This document shows, piece by piece, positions 26,501-39,200 of a stretch of DNA of 64,000 bases. Numbering within the stretch: the first letter of the stretch is position 1; every line of letters starts with the position of its first letter. Source of the stretch: Catajapyx aquilonaris. Its lineage: Eukaryota. Where the stretch lies: positions 1 to 64,000 of the forward strand of contig KZ537958.1 in assembly GCA_000934665.2 (NCBI GenBank), written 5' to 3'. The notes beneath the pieces were generated by a model. The model saw only the letters and a list, made by a program, of their open reading frames with translations. It had not been told where the DNA came from and did no database searches. The translations under genes were made by a program, and so were the position numbers.

Positions 26501-29500
26501 ACGCCGTTTAATGAGGCAGACTTGGCTGCAGGGGAAGTCTTGACCTTTTCTTGCTCCTGGTTCAAACCTTTGGCCCTCCGTGTAACCGACAGCTACCAAA
26601 CTTGGGGGCAAGTTATGGGCTGCCTAAGATGGGCGTTTTGAATTCGCCGAGAGTTCCTCAGGGAAGCTAATCAACTTGGCAAGGAGGCTTGGGCTTTAGC
26701 CACAGGTGAAGTTGACGGAATCGATGGGCATTACGGCGAGAAGCCTGCGTCTACCTTACCTCCTTTCTTGGAGAGACGGGAAGGAAAGAAAGAACATTGA
26801 AATGGAACAACAGGAATGTTTTTGGCTTCACTTTTTCAATTTCTTCTGACAGTATGATAATCCGCTTAAAAGGGATTTTATGTCCAGAACTTTTTGGGAG
26901 AATGCGGAAAGGCAATGGAGCTTGTGATTTTTAAGTTTTCTTGCAGGAATTGCACTGGGAAAAAGGGTAGAGGAATTATATGCGCGAGGCTTTTTGTCAA
27001 AACTGATGCTTTAAGTACATGTCATGATGCAAAGGGAATAATTTGTTATTCTTTGTTATTGCATTGCCATGCATCATTAGGCCATAACTACGACTCACCT
27101 GTTATTAAATGTCACGCCTCGTCATCACTCTAAAGTTACATACACTGTGTTGCAATTGAATTTCTTGTTAGCAATTTTTCGCATTAATTTTCGGCCTATT
27201 TGAAACTACTTTTCAAAATTAGTGGCTAATTTTAGGTCGAATTGGTCCAAATCAGGTGGATCTATGCTTTAAAAATGGATCCAACCATTGACCTCAGGTG
27301 CCACAGGCCAAAATAGGTCACTCGTAATGAGTTAAGCTTGGAAAGTCATCGGCTTTTCTAGTTAGTTTCGGTGCCTGGTCGTTGGACGTTCCTTATCAGG
27401 AAGGTACACTAACTAATTCAACCCACATGGTCTTAACGTGCGGTTTAACCTTAGAAGCCAGCGATGTCATTTTAACGTCTAGCGTCTAATTCTGGGGTAA
27501 TGCCTGCCTTGCGTAGTCACAATTACGTGTGTATTGAATTCAGACTTACTAATGAGGAAAACAGAGCGAATTGAACCTGCAGGAACGCATGCCAAAATGG
27601 CTTCTATAAACTATAAACTAAGAGTCTATTGTCTATATTTTCACTGGGTAAGTTAAAAACATGGGCATGTAAGAATCAGTTTAACTGTGCAACTATGGAT
27701 TACTGCTGGAACAACGGGGGTGTTTTTTTCCCCCTGCAAAAGATTTACAAGCTTTCAGAACTTGCTCAGTCTCAACAGTTCTCTGTCGTTTTCCTCCGGA
27801 ATATTTCTTGTTGTTGTCTACGCCTCTCCGAGATGAAGAGTTTCCCCTCCGGTTTTTTTCCCTCCTCCTCCTTCTTGCCCATGCAAAAGTCCTACAAAAA
27901 AGTCGAGTTTGACAGCGTTTGATTTTCCCCGGGCAACACGAAAGCATACAAACTCCGTGGGGCTGTGAATATTTGAAAGTCCCATTCCGGCGCGTTAAGA
28001 AGGATTTCCTTGATGGGCTTGCAAGTAGGAAGCTAATGAAGGCAGACGATCGTTTCATCAGAGGGAAATCCTTGGAGAGAGCTCTGGATGTGTAGCATCC
28101 CCCATCCCGGAACACCCCCCCCCCTCCCTCTCTTTGCTGGCGAGGCGATAAAAATCCGGAGTGAAAAGGCGTGTAAGGCCCATTCGCGGCCTCTGAATTT
28201 TCGATAGCGGCAAAGTCGGAGGTGCGACTGGAACATGCACCATAGGAAAAAGGGGTATAGCAGAAGTAGGGTCACCTCTCCTCTCAATTCCTTTGTTCCT
28301 CTGCCTCTACAACCGGGACGAGTAATTTCGGGGGAAAGGAGGGCTTGAAAGGGGAAATGGAAAGTTCCGGCGTTGGGGTGAAGGGTCACGAACTAATATA
28401 GCCGTCTTTGCACGATCAAGGTGCACCTCCGGCCCCCTTAAATGAACTCTGGGTCGGCCATCTTGGCAGGGAAGGAAAAGACACCAGAGTCTGAGACCTG
28501 GCCCTCCCCGAATTTCACTTACAAAACTCCACACTTGCCAAGCATTAGCGAAAAGCTCATCAAAAAGTTCCGCTCGCACCAGAGATTACTAGAGAAGAGT
28601 TTAAAAAGGCAATAGCTAGTTCGAGAGGAGAAGAAGCAGGAATCTCATGAGAAAATGTTTTATTCATGACTTCCTATCTAATTTCGAGGGTCCCTCGATA
28701 GAGATTATGTTATGAACATTGGCCAAGGGTGAGGTAGAAAAATTGGGCAAAAGAGAAAAGGGGGTGATGACAACCAAAGTGAGTGAGTAATGGAGATTTC
28801 CAGGGGGTTTGGCCCAAGCTTAACTTTTGTTGTTGTCTAAATTGCCCTGCGAGGTTACCTGCCAGGCTTGACACTAATTAACCACCAACTTCCATATTAG
28901 ATACTGTACACGGAAATGTACACAATGCAGTGTACTTTCATGCGTGTAATTTACTTGGATGCTTGCCTCCCCCTGAAGGAAGCCGGTTTTGTGTGCTCGG
29001 GAACAGTCGATTTTGAGAAGGAAAAAGGGGAAATGGTAGCTCCAATGATCTGTATTCAGGACGGAGGGAAGAATGCCCTAAATAATTGAGGAACTTGGTA
29101 TCTGGGTGGGTAATAAAGTTTCCGTTCCGAGGATTGGCCCCCCGGCTCCCACACCAAACTCTGGAAGCTGCTTAGACAAGATAGAAGAGAGAGAGAGAGA
29201 AGCCTAGTGTAAGCCAGTATGGCCTGAGTTCCCCGGGTTCACGTCCTTAGCTTTCTTTAAAAGTGAATGATGGTTGGTTGCTGCCACTCGTAAATCAACA
29301 GTTGGGAGGAGGCGACATTTGTGCCTTGGATATACGACATCCGACATGTTCATATTAGGGCTTCCTTTCTGAATAAGGACACTATTTACGATGGGTTGCA
29401 ACAGTGTGATAAATATGACCAACAACGAATAAGCTGTCGGATCAAATAAAATCTTCCCTATATTCAGTGATGGGAACGTGTGGTTTCCTATATGCTGCAA

Positions 29501-30984
29501 TTTACACTCGACTGAATTATTAAATTAAAACATATTGCCACGCTTGGCTCGTCATTGTTGCTTTTTGCTGCGGGGAAGGACCGAAAACGTGAAAAATTAT
29601 GCTGAAGCTATATGCAGTTGTTGGAGGCAAATTTTAATATTTGCTTGCATGATGTTCACCGGTGCGGAAGAGCAATATTCCGGCCAACCTGATGTCAACA
29701 CTGGAGGGCTATAAATATGCAAAATATCTTACCCCTCGCAAATTCCCAATTTGGCCGCAAAATTTCAACCGCATTTTCAGGAGACAAATCGCACCCAGAA
29801 GACACCCCCCACCACCACCGATGCAAAATAGTTCCCATTCTTCCGATACATCTCTGGTAACATTGTGGAACCCGCAGCTCTTTTGGGGGAGAAGCCGGTT
29901 GCATCGATTATACTCGGTTCCGGTTTTTACACTGGGTGTTCTTTAATAACCTGTCAAATATCTTTGGGAAAAGTGTGGCTTTAGGTACAGCTTCGCAGTG
30001 GTGGAAATGGAAGGAAAGGCAAGTGGTTGCCATAACGATCGGGCGGCCAAGCCATTCGGAATTTCTGTCCCCAAGAGGGAGATATGAGATGGGGGTTATA
30101 TAGGACCCAGGCCGTTATGGGGAACTGAAATGACCCTCAAGGTACCTTCTGTTGCCATCATTCATGGGAAACGCATCGCTCTAACGCCCATTTCGCACTA
30201 TTTTACCAAAAAAAAGTGAGGCTGTAGGCTAGTCTTTATCATATGACAATTATATTGTCACACAGCAGCTAAGATCAATACCGTTAGCATCATAATGGAC
30301 CCTTTTGAACTATTCACTTACAATTTGAAACTTATCGCTATTTGGCCAGTCCCATATTCAGAAGTAATACGCATTCATGGGAGGCGGACAAGAAAATAAG
30401 CTGGAAAGTTTGCGACGGGGCTGAAAGGCAGTGTTAGATAAGTGGGAGGCTGAGCCTGAGCCGAATGAGCAATAGTGTCAAATACATCCGCCCGTAGAGA
30501 TGCTTCCATTGTGCATCGCTTTTCTGCAGAAAAGCCCATTTAGGCGGGTCGGTCAGGAACGTCGACTGCACTTGGGGGAGCTTTATTGTTAACGTTCCTA
30601 AGAGTTTTATGAGGCGAGGGGTATAATAATCTATAGGCTAGTACTCCTCTCTCTCTCTCTATTTGACGGAAGAGAGAGTCCTCCACTTGCCATCATAACC
30701 CTCTGGGATGGGAAAAGCCTGGGAAGAGATGTGGGACCAGATGAAGTTAATATATTTCTTGGGCCATTCTTTTTCTCGGAGGCACCCCCACTTTTTTTAT
30801 CAGTCTGTGGGGAATGTGCAATAGAAATTGTCGAGCGGACTTGAGAAGGGGCGACACTTTAACCTAACGAGGCTATAATTAACATCTGGAGTGCATAAAT
30901 TCTTTATTCATCCTTGACACCTTTCATATTTTTTACATACTATTTCTGTCATTTTTTTGCAGGTGATATCGGCGCTGTGCTGTT

Positions 30985-31045
30985 ATGAAGATGTCTACAT
31001 CGATAGTTTTTATCGCAACGTTAGTCGTCTTTTCATGCCTTCCTG
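30985..31045 (+). CDS. Dscam: Dscam-family gene, first coding exon (signal peptide); exon begins at 30963 with 22 nt of 5' UTR
   Basis: Acceptor tttttttgcAG ends at 30962. An in-frame TGA (30964-30966) lies upstream of the ATG at 30985. The exon encodes MKMSTSIVFIATLVVFSCLP plus 1 nt (basic N-terminus, hydrophobic core) and ends at the donor G|gtaagt at 31046. Its phase 1 matches the acceptor at 46473, giving ...FSCLP-G-ALCLVEGQGP. Too short for the ORF track. Confidence 0.8.
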
Positions 31046-32271
31046 GTAAGTACACTGACTTATAATGCTGTGTATTGTTGTAGTATTAAAATAGTAAATA
31101 GTAATGGAAGCAAAATTCGCGTGATTTTGTCGTTTTAAAGTTAAGTTGAAATTAACTAACTAATATGAATAAGAAAGGATGTAGCAACTACGTGCATTGT
31201 ATTTATGCATTTACAATTTTCAGGGAAAGGGGAAATAATAATTCATCACTATGCGTAATTTTAATCATACCGAGCAAAAAATATCAAAATGCATGTTGTG
31301 TAAAATTTATTCACTAAATGCGCATAATGCATAAAATATGCATCTACTGTAGATGCATAATTGTTAATAACAGTAAATATTAATAAGTGATGCTGAATGA
31401 ATAAAATATATAACAATCAAACACTTACGACCATCATGCACATTTTCACCTCACACTTTGAGAGACGTAAAATGAAGCGTCAAAATTATTGGTTTTAAAA
31501 AATAAGCAGTACTCTAAAACCACACGTCCAATCCACATACAGTACTGTCGACTGTGGCCAGCGGACCATTAGAGCAGGCAAGGGAGTGTTAGGCATGATA
31601 TGATCCCCTGACTATGAGTTTGGCCGTATCTCCTGTCGGAACGAAATTGGCAGCAAGAGCATTATAGGGCAGAAATTAATCAACTCCATGCCGCATTGCA
31701 TGTTATAAATTTTAAACGCGCACAATAACCAGGGATAACGGGATGTATTTTTGAGCCAGTCTCTGCGGTGTCAGATGGGCGCCATTCAAAATCATCCCAC
31801 GAGAGCTGTGCAGGTAGTAGTATGTGTGCCACCAGCTTTTTGCCCCACCCACATACACAACCCATCTGGCAATAATCGGGCCTCCAATGGTCCTCACTTG
31901 AGTGTCGAATGGGGCCTTCTCTGGCTATATTTTACAACCGAGAGCTTCCGATCATTCCCAATCATTGTCCATATACTAGATAGTGTACCGCTGTCACCGG
32001 TCTGATTTAAAATGGACAACAATACTGGGCACAGTTTGACCACACCTATAACTCTCGTCCACTGTTTGCAATATGCGGGAGGGGCGGGGGGGCAACAAAT
32101 ATGAACTCTAGAATTATAAATACAGCGCATATTATCGCATGAAACACGCTGTCAAAACCAGTTATTTAGATTGTTCTCTATACGTTGTAAGGGCCAGTTT
32201 CCCACCGGGTATTTTGCAAATTTCTGCATATAAATGACAAATTCCGTCCAGTTGTCTGTCCAGAGGCCAAT

Positions 32272-32447
32272 AATTACGCCACCCACGAATATCGATATAT
32301 TGAGCTGCCATCAAAATTACGCCACCCATGAATATCGATATATCAAACGATTATCGAAATTACGCCACACATGAATATCGATATATCGAGCTACCATCAA
32401 AATTACGCCACACATGAATATCGATATATCTAAAAATGGACTATCGA
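32272..32447. repeat. Tandem repeat, 43-bp period, 4 copies, alternating A/B variable segments
   Basis: Units start at 32272, 32315, 32358 and 32401. They share the 29-bp core aattacgccac(c/a)ca(c/t)gaatatcgatatat. The tails are tgagctgccatcaa, caaacgattatcga, cgagctaccatcaa and ctaaaaatggactatcga. Confidence 0.95.
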
Positions 32448-32768
32448 TAAAGTCGAATTTAAATCGCGTATAATTATGTGAAAATCTACACAATTCATGC
32501 GTAGACTTCATTCTAGTAAGATTGTGATCGAGCAGCATACGTGTTGTTCCTACGAGTTTTCCAGGCTGGGCGAGTAAACCTTTGAAGTTGATCCGTCCTT
32601 TGGTTACCCAGAAGAGGGTTTAGAGTGTAAAGCGTTGTAATTTGGCTAATAAACGCAGGGGGCTCCGCGCGCGCGACTAAAGGCAGGGACTTTCAGCCCA
32701 GGCCTAATTACTGGCAAATATGCTGGGTCCAATGCCCATCTCATTACCGGAGTTGGGGGGGGGGGGGG

Positions 32769-32807
32769 NNNNNNNNNNNNNNNNNNNNNNNNNNNNNNNN
32801 NNNNNNN
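32769..32807. other. Assembly gap (39 N) inside a poly-G tract
   Basis: 14 G before and 6 G after the N run. Single Ns also sit in poly-C runs at 33971 and 48127. Confidence 0.98.
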
Positions 32808-33154
32808 GGGGGGTTTACAGGTGCGGGAAAGGTGAGACGGGCGCTAATTGGATGGATGGATGCATATACTGAGAGAACAAAACCTCGGAGGAGACACTTT
32901 GCACCCGTGCCCACAATAATTACAAGGTCACGTTTTGTGATTAGCGAGTCAGGGAAATGGAAGCCAAATGAAGGATTCAATTCCGTGTCAGCTTGTTTTG
33001 ACGGACCAGAAGTGGAAGGCGGATGAAGTCTATGTAAGGCCTGGGGAATAATGGGGACCAAGGACCGGGTCTAGGATTAGTTTACTGGATGTTGTTCCTG
33101 CATTCTCTTTGATTTTTAAAAAAAAAGTTTGTAGAGAGTAACTACAGTATATAG

Positions 33155-33277
33155 GCTGCCTGCGAGGCACTGGATGCGACTTTTGAGGGACTTGCGTGGC
33201 TATGACAAGTACATGGGTGGAGTCACCATGGTTCTGTCAGGCAGCTGACAGAGTCTGCCATTATTCCCCGTGTAACG
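33155..33277 (+). mobile_element. Degenerate Helitron Rep/Helicase (PIF1-type helicase) fragment
   Basis: With two frameshifts and one stop it reads AACEALDAT/LRDLRGYDKYMGGVTMVLSGS*QSLP/IIPRVT. This matches the Helitron helicase block EALDRTLRDLRxxxxxMGGxxxxLxGDFRQxLPVIPRG. Confidence 0.75.
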
Positions 33278-36200
33278 TCAGGTACCCATCCTCTGCAGAC
33301 AACAACATATACAATTATTTAATCCGCGGTATTTAGGACAATCACTAAACTTTGCCGCAATTTTAAGCATTAAAAAATTAGAAAATCCATCCGGTTATTA
33401 CCCAAATTACATAAAAATCTCAGATTATGTACAGGTATTCACAATCCACAATCTGCCCTTAATCAGAGATGATACAACCTGGATTTAGCAATTAATTTAA
33501 AAGGCCCGTCAGTTCATATATTTCTGCACACATTTTGTCGCCGCCAGTGATTGATGAATATGCATTTTTTAAAGCGAAAACCCCCCGCAGTACAAAATTA
33601 CACTAATCGCACAATAAAAAATGATTACTCCCTGTCAATTAACCAAATCAATATTTTCCAAAAGCAGCATCCGCCTCCCCACACATGCCAAACTAATATA
33701 AAATTATAATCGGCATGTGTGCCATCAAACATATGCAAACTCGTCCCCAAACCCACAACCCCCGAATAATTAATCCGCATTACATACCCTCTGTAAGTGA
33801 GTAGCAAATAAGAAGCATCCTCAGGCGCTTTCTCTCTGGAGCTTGTTTCCATCTCAATTTTGTATAGTCCTGTGGATGAGCCACAAGAGTTGGGTTGTCA
33901 ACTCCGCCCGGCTTAGATTAGACAGTTCCGCTAATGACATTGTTTACCTTGTCGGCAGCCCCCCCCCCCCNCAAGTTCGGAGTCATTATTATTAGACTCT
34001 CGGATAATGTTACAACTTGTTATCTCCGGATCGTTATCTGCAGACTTGTCATTTTGACTTTACCAGGTCGCAAACGATATTGCTTTTTATCAAAAGCGAC
34101 CAAGCGAAGAGTTTTCATCTGCGAATTTTTTTTTGTAGGCAAGAGTGAGCAAAGCTTGATGAAAAAAAAAAGTTGTTTGCAGGGACCTTCCGCATAATGT
34201 GTAATTAGTATAAGCCATCACGTTTTCCGCAAAAATTGTAGACTTAATTTTTAATAAACGCCCCGCACTATGAAGGCTGCGTCGGGACATGAACGTGATA
34301 TACGCTGATGTAGGACCAAAAAAAAGAATAATTAAGCACATGACGGCGCTCTTTCAGAAGATTTTTTTTTCTCTAAGACTTTATAGTAGCAAGCCCAACA
34401 AAGCTCACTTGAACGGTCGCGAACTTTCTGAACTTTATAACAAAAAAGAAATTCTTTTACAGATAAGACGATCTTCCTTTTAAAAAAATCTAGGTGCCTC
34501 TCTAATAGGATACTAATGGGTCAGGAAACGAGATCGATCACTTCAAACGATCTCATCTTTTTGAATTCTTTTTTTTCCCTGGTGGTCGTAAGGGATTCAT
34601 TTATGCTAATAGAGCCTGTAAATTTGAGGGCGAATTTGTTAAAAATGGGCTCCTCCTAAAAGAGAAGTTTTGCATTTATATAGGGGGGCGATTTATGAAC
34701 CTGCTTATTTCAGAGGAAGGTTTTGCAAGCTTTGAGGAAGAGGGATTAAAAGCATTAGTTGGGCACACAGAAAACAAGGCCACGTGGTGAACGTTATTTT
34801 TGCATTAAGACTTACTGGCAAAATGTTTACGTGCCGATAACTATTTGCATAATGGTGACTTATTATATTGCATGCATTTTTCATGATTGTTTTTAAAATT
34901 CAATGAGGGAGACGCATTAGCCTTTAAAAAATTCCGCCTTATGCAGATAATGACATATTTTGACAAGCTCCTTAACATAAAAGCCGTAACTGAAGTGTGT
35001 GATATGACACATATTGCAGATAAGTTACTGCTTTTTTGCTCAGGGCGACTCCCATTGAAAATGATTTATTGGGTGAGTCTGAATATTTGATATTGCCGAC
35101 CAATTGTAAATGGTTTTCACATGCGATATTTTATTCACTTTAAACCTCGTCTCATCCATTAAACCGCACATACTGTACTTGTACTTCAGTCTCTATATTC
35201 TCTGGCCGTGTACATCCATGTGGTACATGTAGTACCACTAAAAGTACTTCGTTAATTTTGTCGGTTTGTTTTGCAACAACTGTGAAAAAAAGCCTAAGTG
35301 GAAAAGTTACAGTGTCGTAGTAGTTCACATTACTAAGTAAAAATTCAATTAGGATTAATGGCGACTCTCATATTGCAAAAAAGTGGGTGTTTATTACCCA
35401 CCCGCTCTATATCCTTGCAGCCCTTAATTTAATGATGCAAATGACTACCCCTGGCCTGCAGCAGTATGATGCGCTTAAGCCATTACATATCACCTGTAAT
35501 CTGAAAATCCCTGCCAAAACATGGACAGGTAGCGACTAGTTTTTCCACCGATTACTCCAAAAAAATCTCTTTGAATTTGTTTAAATTTGTTTAAAAATTT
35601 TCACTTAGATTTTGGCCAATAATTAGATGCAAGTTCAACTTTTGCTCGTCACTAATGGCCTCCCATTTCTCCTGGACATCCCCGCCTAGAGAGCATTAAC
35701 CAAAGTGTTTTCTAGTCACCAGCTTTTGTATTGCGGGGGTTCCCCCTCAACTTCCGGGCCGCCACTAAGTGCACTCTTTGTGCCCTTAATTTTCGGACTT
35801 GAGTTTCGCATCTCCTGGAATGGCGTTGAAAACTATCGCACAAGGGAGGTGGCCCTACCGAGTAATTTACGTGCCCCCAAAAAACAAATAATTTTTTCAG
35901 CCCCTTGTCACACTTTTATCGCAGTGTCTGTGACTATAGGCTAAATTCGCACAATTTTTCTGAGCCGCCCAACTTCAGCCCCTTTGTGAGAAACAATAGG
36001 CCCCGGAAATGCAAAGGCCTATAAATCTAGGCTTAATTGGCAATCAGGTGTGGCGGTAGCGTTATTTTTGCAGGCCTCTCCCCGTAATGTCTTGCTGGGA
36101 TTAACCACTGAGCCGCTGAGGTATTGCAGGGCGGATGCGCAGCTTTAGCCCCAGCTCTCACCATGAAAACTTGAAGGATTCCTAGAAAATGAGGCTGTTT

Positions 36201-39200
36201 GCTTAGCACGCGGCGACATTTATCACCGCCTGATAAAATCACAATATGGTAGCCCGGGCCTCGAGTCTAGAGCTGGCTTTAATCATAGCAGAGGCGGCCT
36301 ATATGTTTGGGCTTCGTCGTCGCCTGATTCTGTGTAAAGACACGATGTTGAGTGTGATCCGTTCCGCAGATCTTTTATCAGGGGCTGGAAGGTAATTTTC
36401 AGGGCAAACTGTACGTAATTTGGGAGCGAAACTCATCAGCGACGGTGCAAAATTTCGTATACAATGTTGTGCTAATCATTTTTTTGGTGCTGACCGTTCC
36501 TGCAGGCTTAACACTCCAAATCGATGGGATAGATAACGCGATGCAACTACACGTACCTCTCAATTGTACTACATGCGATTGCTGTTGGTGCGATGCGGAT
36601 TAACCGGATTGAAATTGATAAATTTGGGACCTTGTTTGAGGGAAGCACATTGTTACGTGATTACTCACACGACACACTTTTCAGGGAAATGTTCGGGCGT
36701 GAAAGGCACAGTGTAAGCTGTGGACATTAATCGCGTCAGTGTTTCGTATTTCACCTGAAGTAGCACCTTTTTAATTACTTAGAAAATAGCATTGCCGCGG
36801 TAGAGTATTTTCATAACGAAATTAAAAGCACATCTGTTACTTCAAACTATTGTTGTTTTCCCCGGCTGTGACACTGTATTAAAACTCGTTTTAATAACAC
36901 AACGACCACGCCAACATGACAGCACTCTTTATTTATAATGCATCTATTGTCGCGCAGTATTCCGCATACAATGTGCCTGCAATTTTAAAGCTGCAATATT
37001 CGTAGCTCTGCTTATGCTTTTTCTGAACCTCCGTACATAGTGTTTCTTTTCCACTTTGAAGTGTTCCATGTGCTTCACAAAGACACAGCTTTCATACTAT
37101 AATGGCCTGCGAGGAACTCCATTGCGTTTGGGTACAAGGAACGCGCACTATTCAGCCCAGCGGCAATTTGTTCCTAAAACAGTTTCTGTTATTGCGTTAT
37201 TTAAAAGTGGCCGACATGCACCATTACCATTTTCCCCCCTTCCTTTCCTCTTGATGACTGACATGAAATTATACTCCAAGCCTACATTATGCACAGTGTC
37301 TTTTTCTGGCACAGTATGCACTCAGGTTAATTGCTCAATTACCACTTTGTACTCGCCATACACACCCTGCCTGCAGAGTAGCTTCGTTGTACCCATCATA
37401 CTTTTTTCCGTAACAAACTGTTTTAACTGCACAATTAGCCAGGGTTTAAATGAACCTGCGGATGGTGCTGCAATAGAACCAGTTGCAGATAGGAGAAAAC
37501 GTTCTTTCCATATATATTTGACCCCCTCCGAACCCCCTGTAAAGAGAATGAATAATTGGAGGGAAATGCTTTCCATTAAGAGGCTGTCGCACTGTTCATT
37601 ACTTGCATAACACTTCAGTGGGAATATTTAAAGAGGCAGGAGAGTGCAGCGTTGTAATGCACGGAGCACACGCTGCTGATGCAACCACAAAGTAGACATC
37701 CTCTACTGCGCACTCATGGACTAACTAAACCCGGACCCTCCGCTGGGGATATTATCTAAAATTTGCACTCGTTGCATCGAAAAGCCCCCACCCGCTTTAC
37801 AGCAATAATCTTTATGGTTGGATAATGTCAGAAATCCGGCGGCGGCGACATCAAAGGCCCTCATGCACCACCCAGGTTCCCTAACAGGTCAGTAATTTCG
37901 GGCTTCAGACCTGAGTTCAACCCCTCTCTAATGGCTGCTTGTAATATTCACCACACTCAATGCAGGTTCATTTAAAGTACATCACCAGTTAGTTCATAAC
38001 CAACACTGATTTGGGACTGGTGTCTGAGCCGACATGACTCAAATTGAATTGCAATCAATTTCCACCAGGTTTTGAACAAAAGACTTTTGGGTTTGGCAAG
38101 CAGCCCAAATGCCTCGGAGGGCCTTGTCGTATTGACAAAATGGCTGCAGCTCAGTGTAGCTATTTCCTGCCGCAAAAAGGGTTTGATTATATACATTAGT
38201 TGTCGCTTCCAGCAGGCGCCTCCAGAATGCGGTGCTGGATGACCCTATATGGAAGCACTTATTATGGTCCTTCCTTCGAGCCCTACTCTTGCCTTGTAAT
38301 TATTGTCTCGTTTTACCACGTTAATGGCACTGGTGTCACATTCTGCCCCGGTATATACTGTACGTGTGACCGTAAACCTACCGTTTATAGCCTTGAAGCA
38401 CTCCAGAATATGTAAACAAGACCAAAACATTGCAATAGACACTTTGTTAGCTGGATAGACCTGGTTCTGGTTGCCAAATATGGCTCACATGTGGGTCAAA
38501 ATGCAAACCTATTGGTTTGTGAACCGTTACTCAACGAGAATTCACCGAAGAGAAATCTCTTTCCGGATAGGTGAAGGTGTAACGAGGTAGAATGGAAAGC
38601 CTCGATCTGTGTTGGCCTCTGACCTGCCAAGTTGAACTTGCCAACCTACGCTTCACTGACTGGTTTGGATTGGTCCCGAGAGTTCCTAATTCCTACCCCC
38701 CAACACCGCCCCAGTCTAGGGATTACTCGGACAGAGCCTGATTGACTTCGAGTTTGTATCGGATCGTTGCCGTAATCTTGTCCCAAAGGACATTTTCCCA
38801 ACTTGATACGGTGGAGGCTCCCATCTATTTTCCAAGCGAAAACAATCCGGTGCAAAACTTTCATCGGCCCCCTCCTGAATTTTTCCATGCCACATTGCTT
38901 CTGCGCCATTTTTTTCGTTCAATTTTTCTCCGCTCAACCGCTCCGTGGGATTAAATCCAGATTACTGGTCTCTCTAATGGGAAATCTGGAAAGAATCTAC
39001 GCTTCTGCTACACAATGAGACAGAATTCGAGTGGGTTTTGCGCCATATTGTGTGGTGTTGGGAAAAGGCAAGATGGATTTAGCTGCAGTGTGTGTCATAT
39101 AATTGTAAATTACTTCTTAATGATAATATTTAAAGCAAGAGATGACCTACGAGAAGCCGTATGCTAAGGCCATTGGGTCATCAGACATTTGCTGTGGCTT

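Noticed and set aside
32272..32447. CRISPR array interpretation of the 29-bp core plus variable spacers
   Set aside because: Eukaryotic intron, no cas genes, spacers only 14-18 bp and themselves repeated (A-B-A-B); it is a minisatellite.
34840..35100. KFRL/(Y)ADN...LQ, resembling the YADD region of a LINE reverse transcriptase
   Set aside because: Needs several frameshifts and the catalytic motif is imperfect; not distinguishable from chance by eye.
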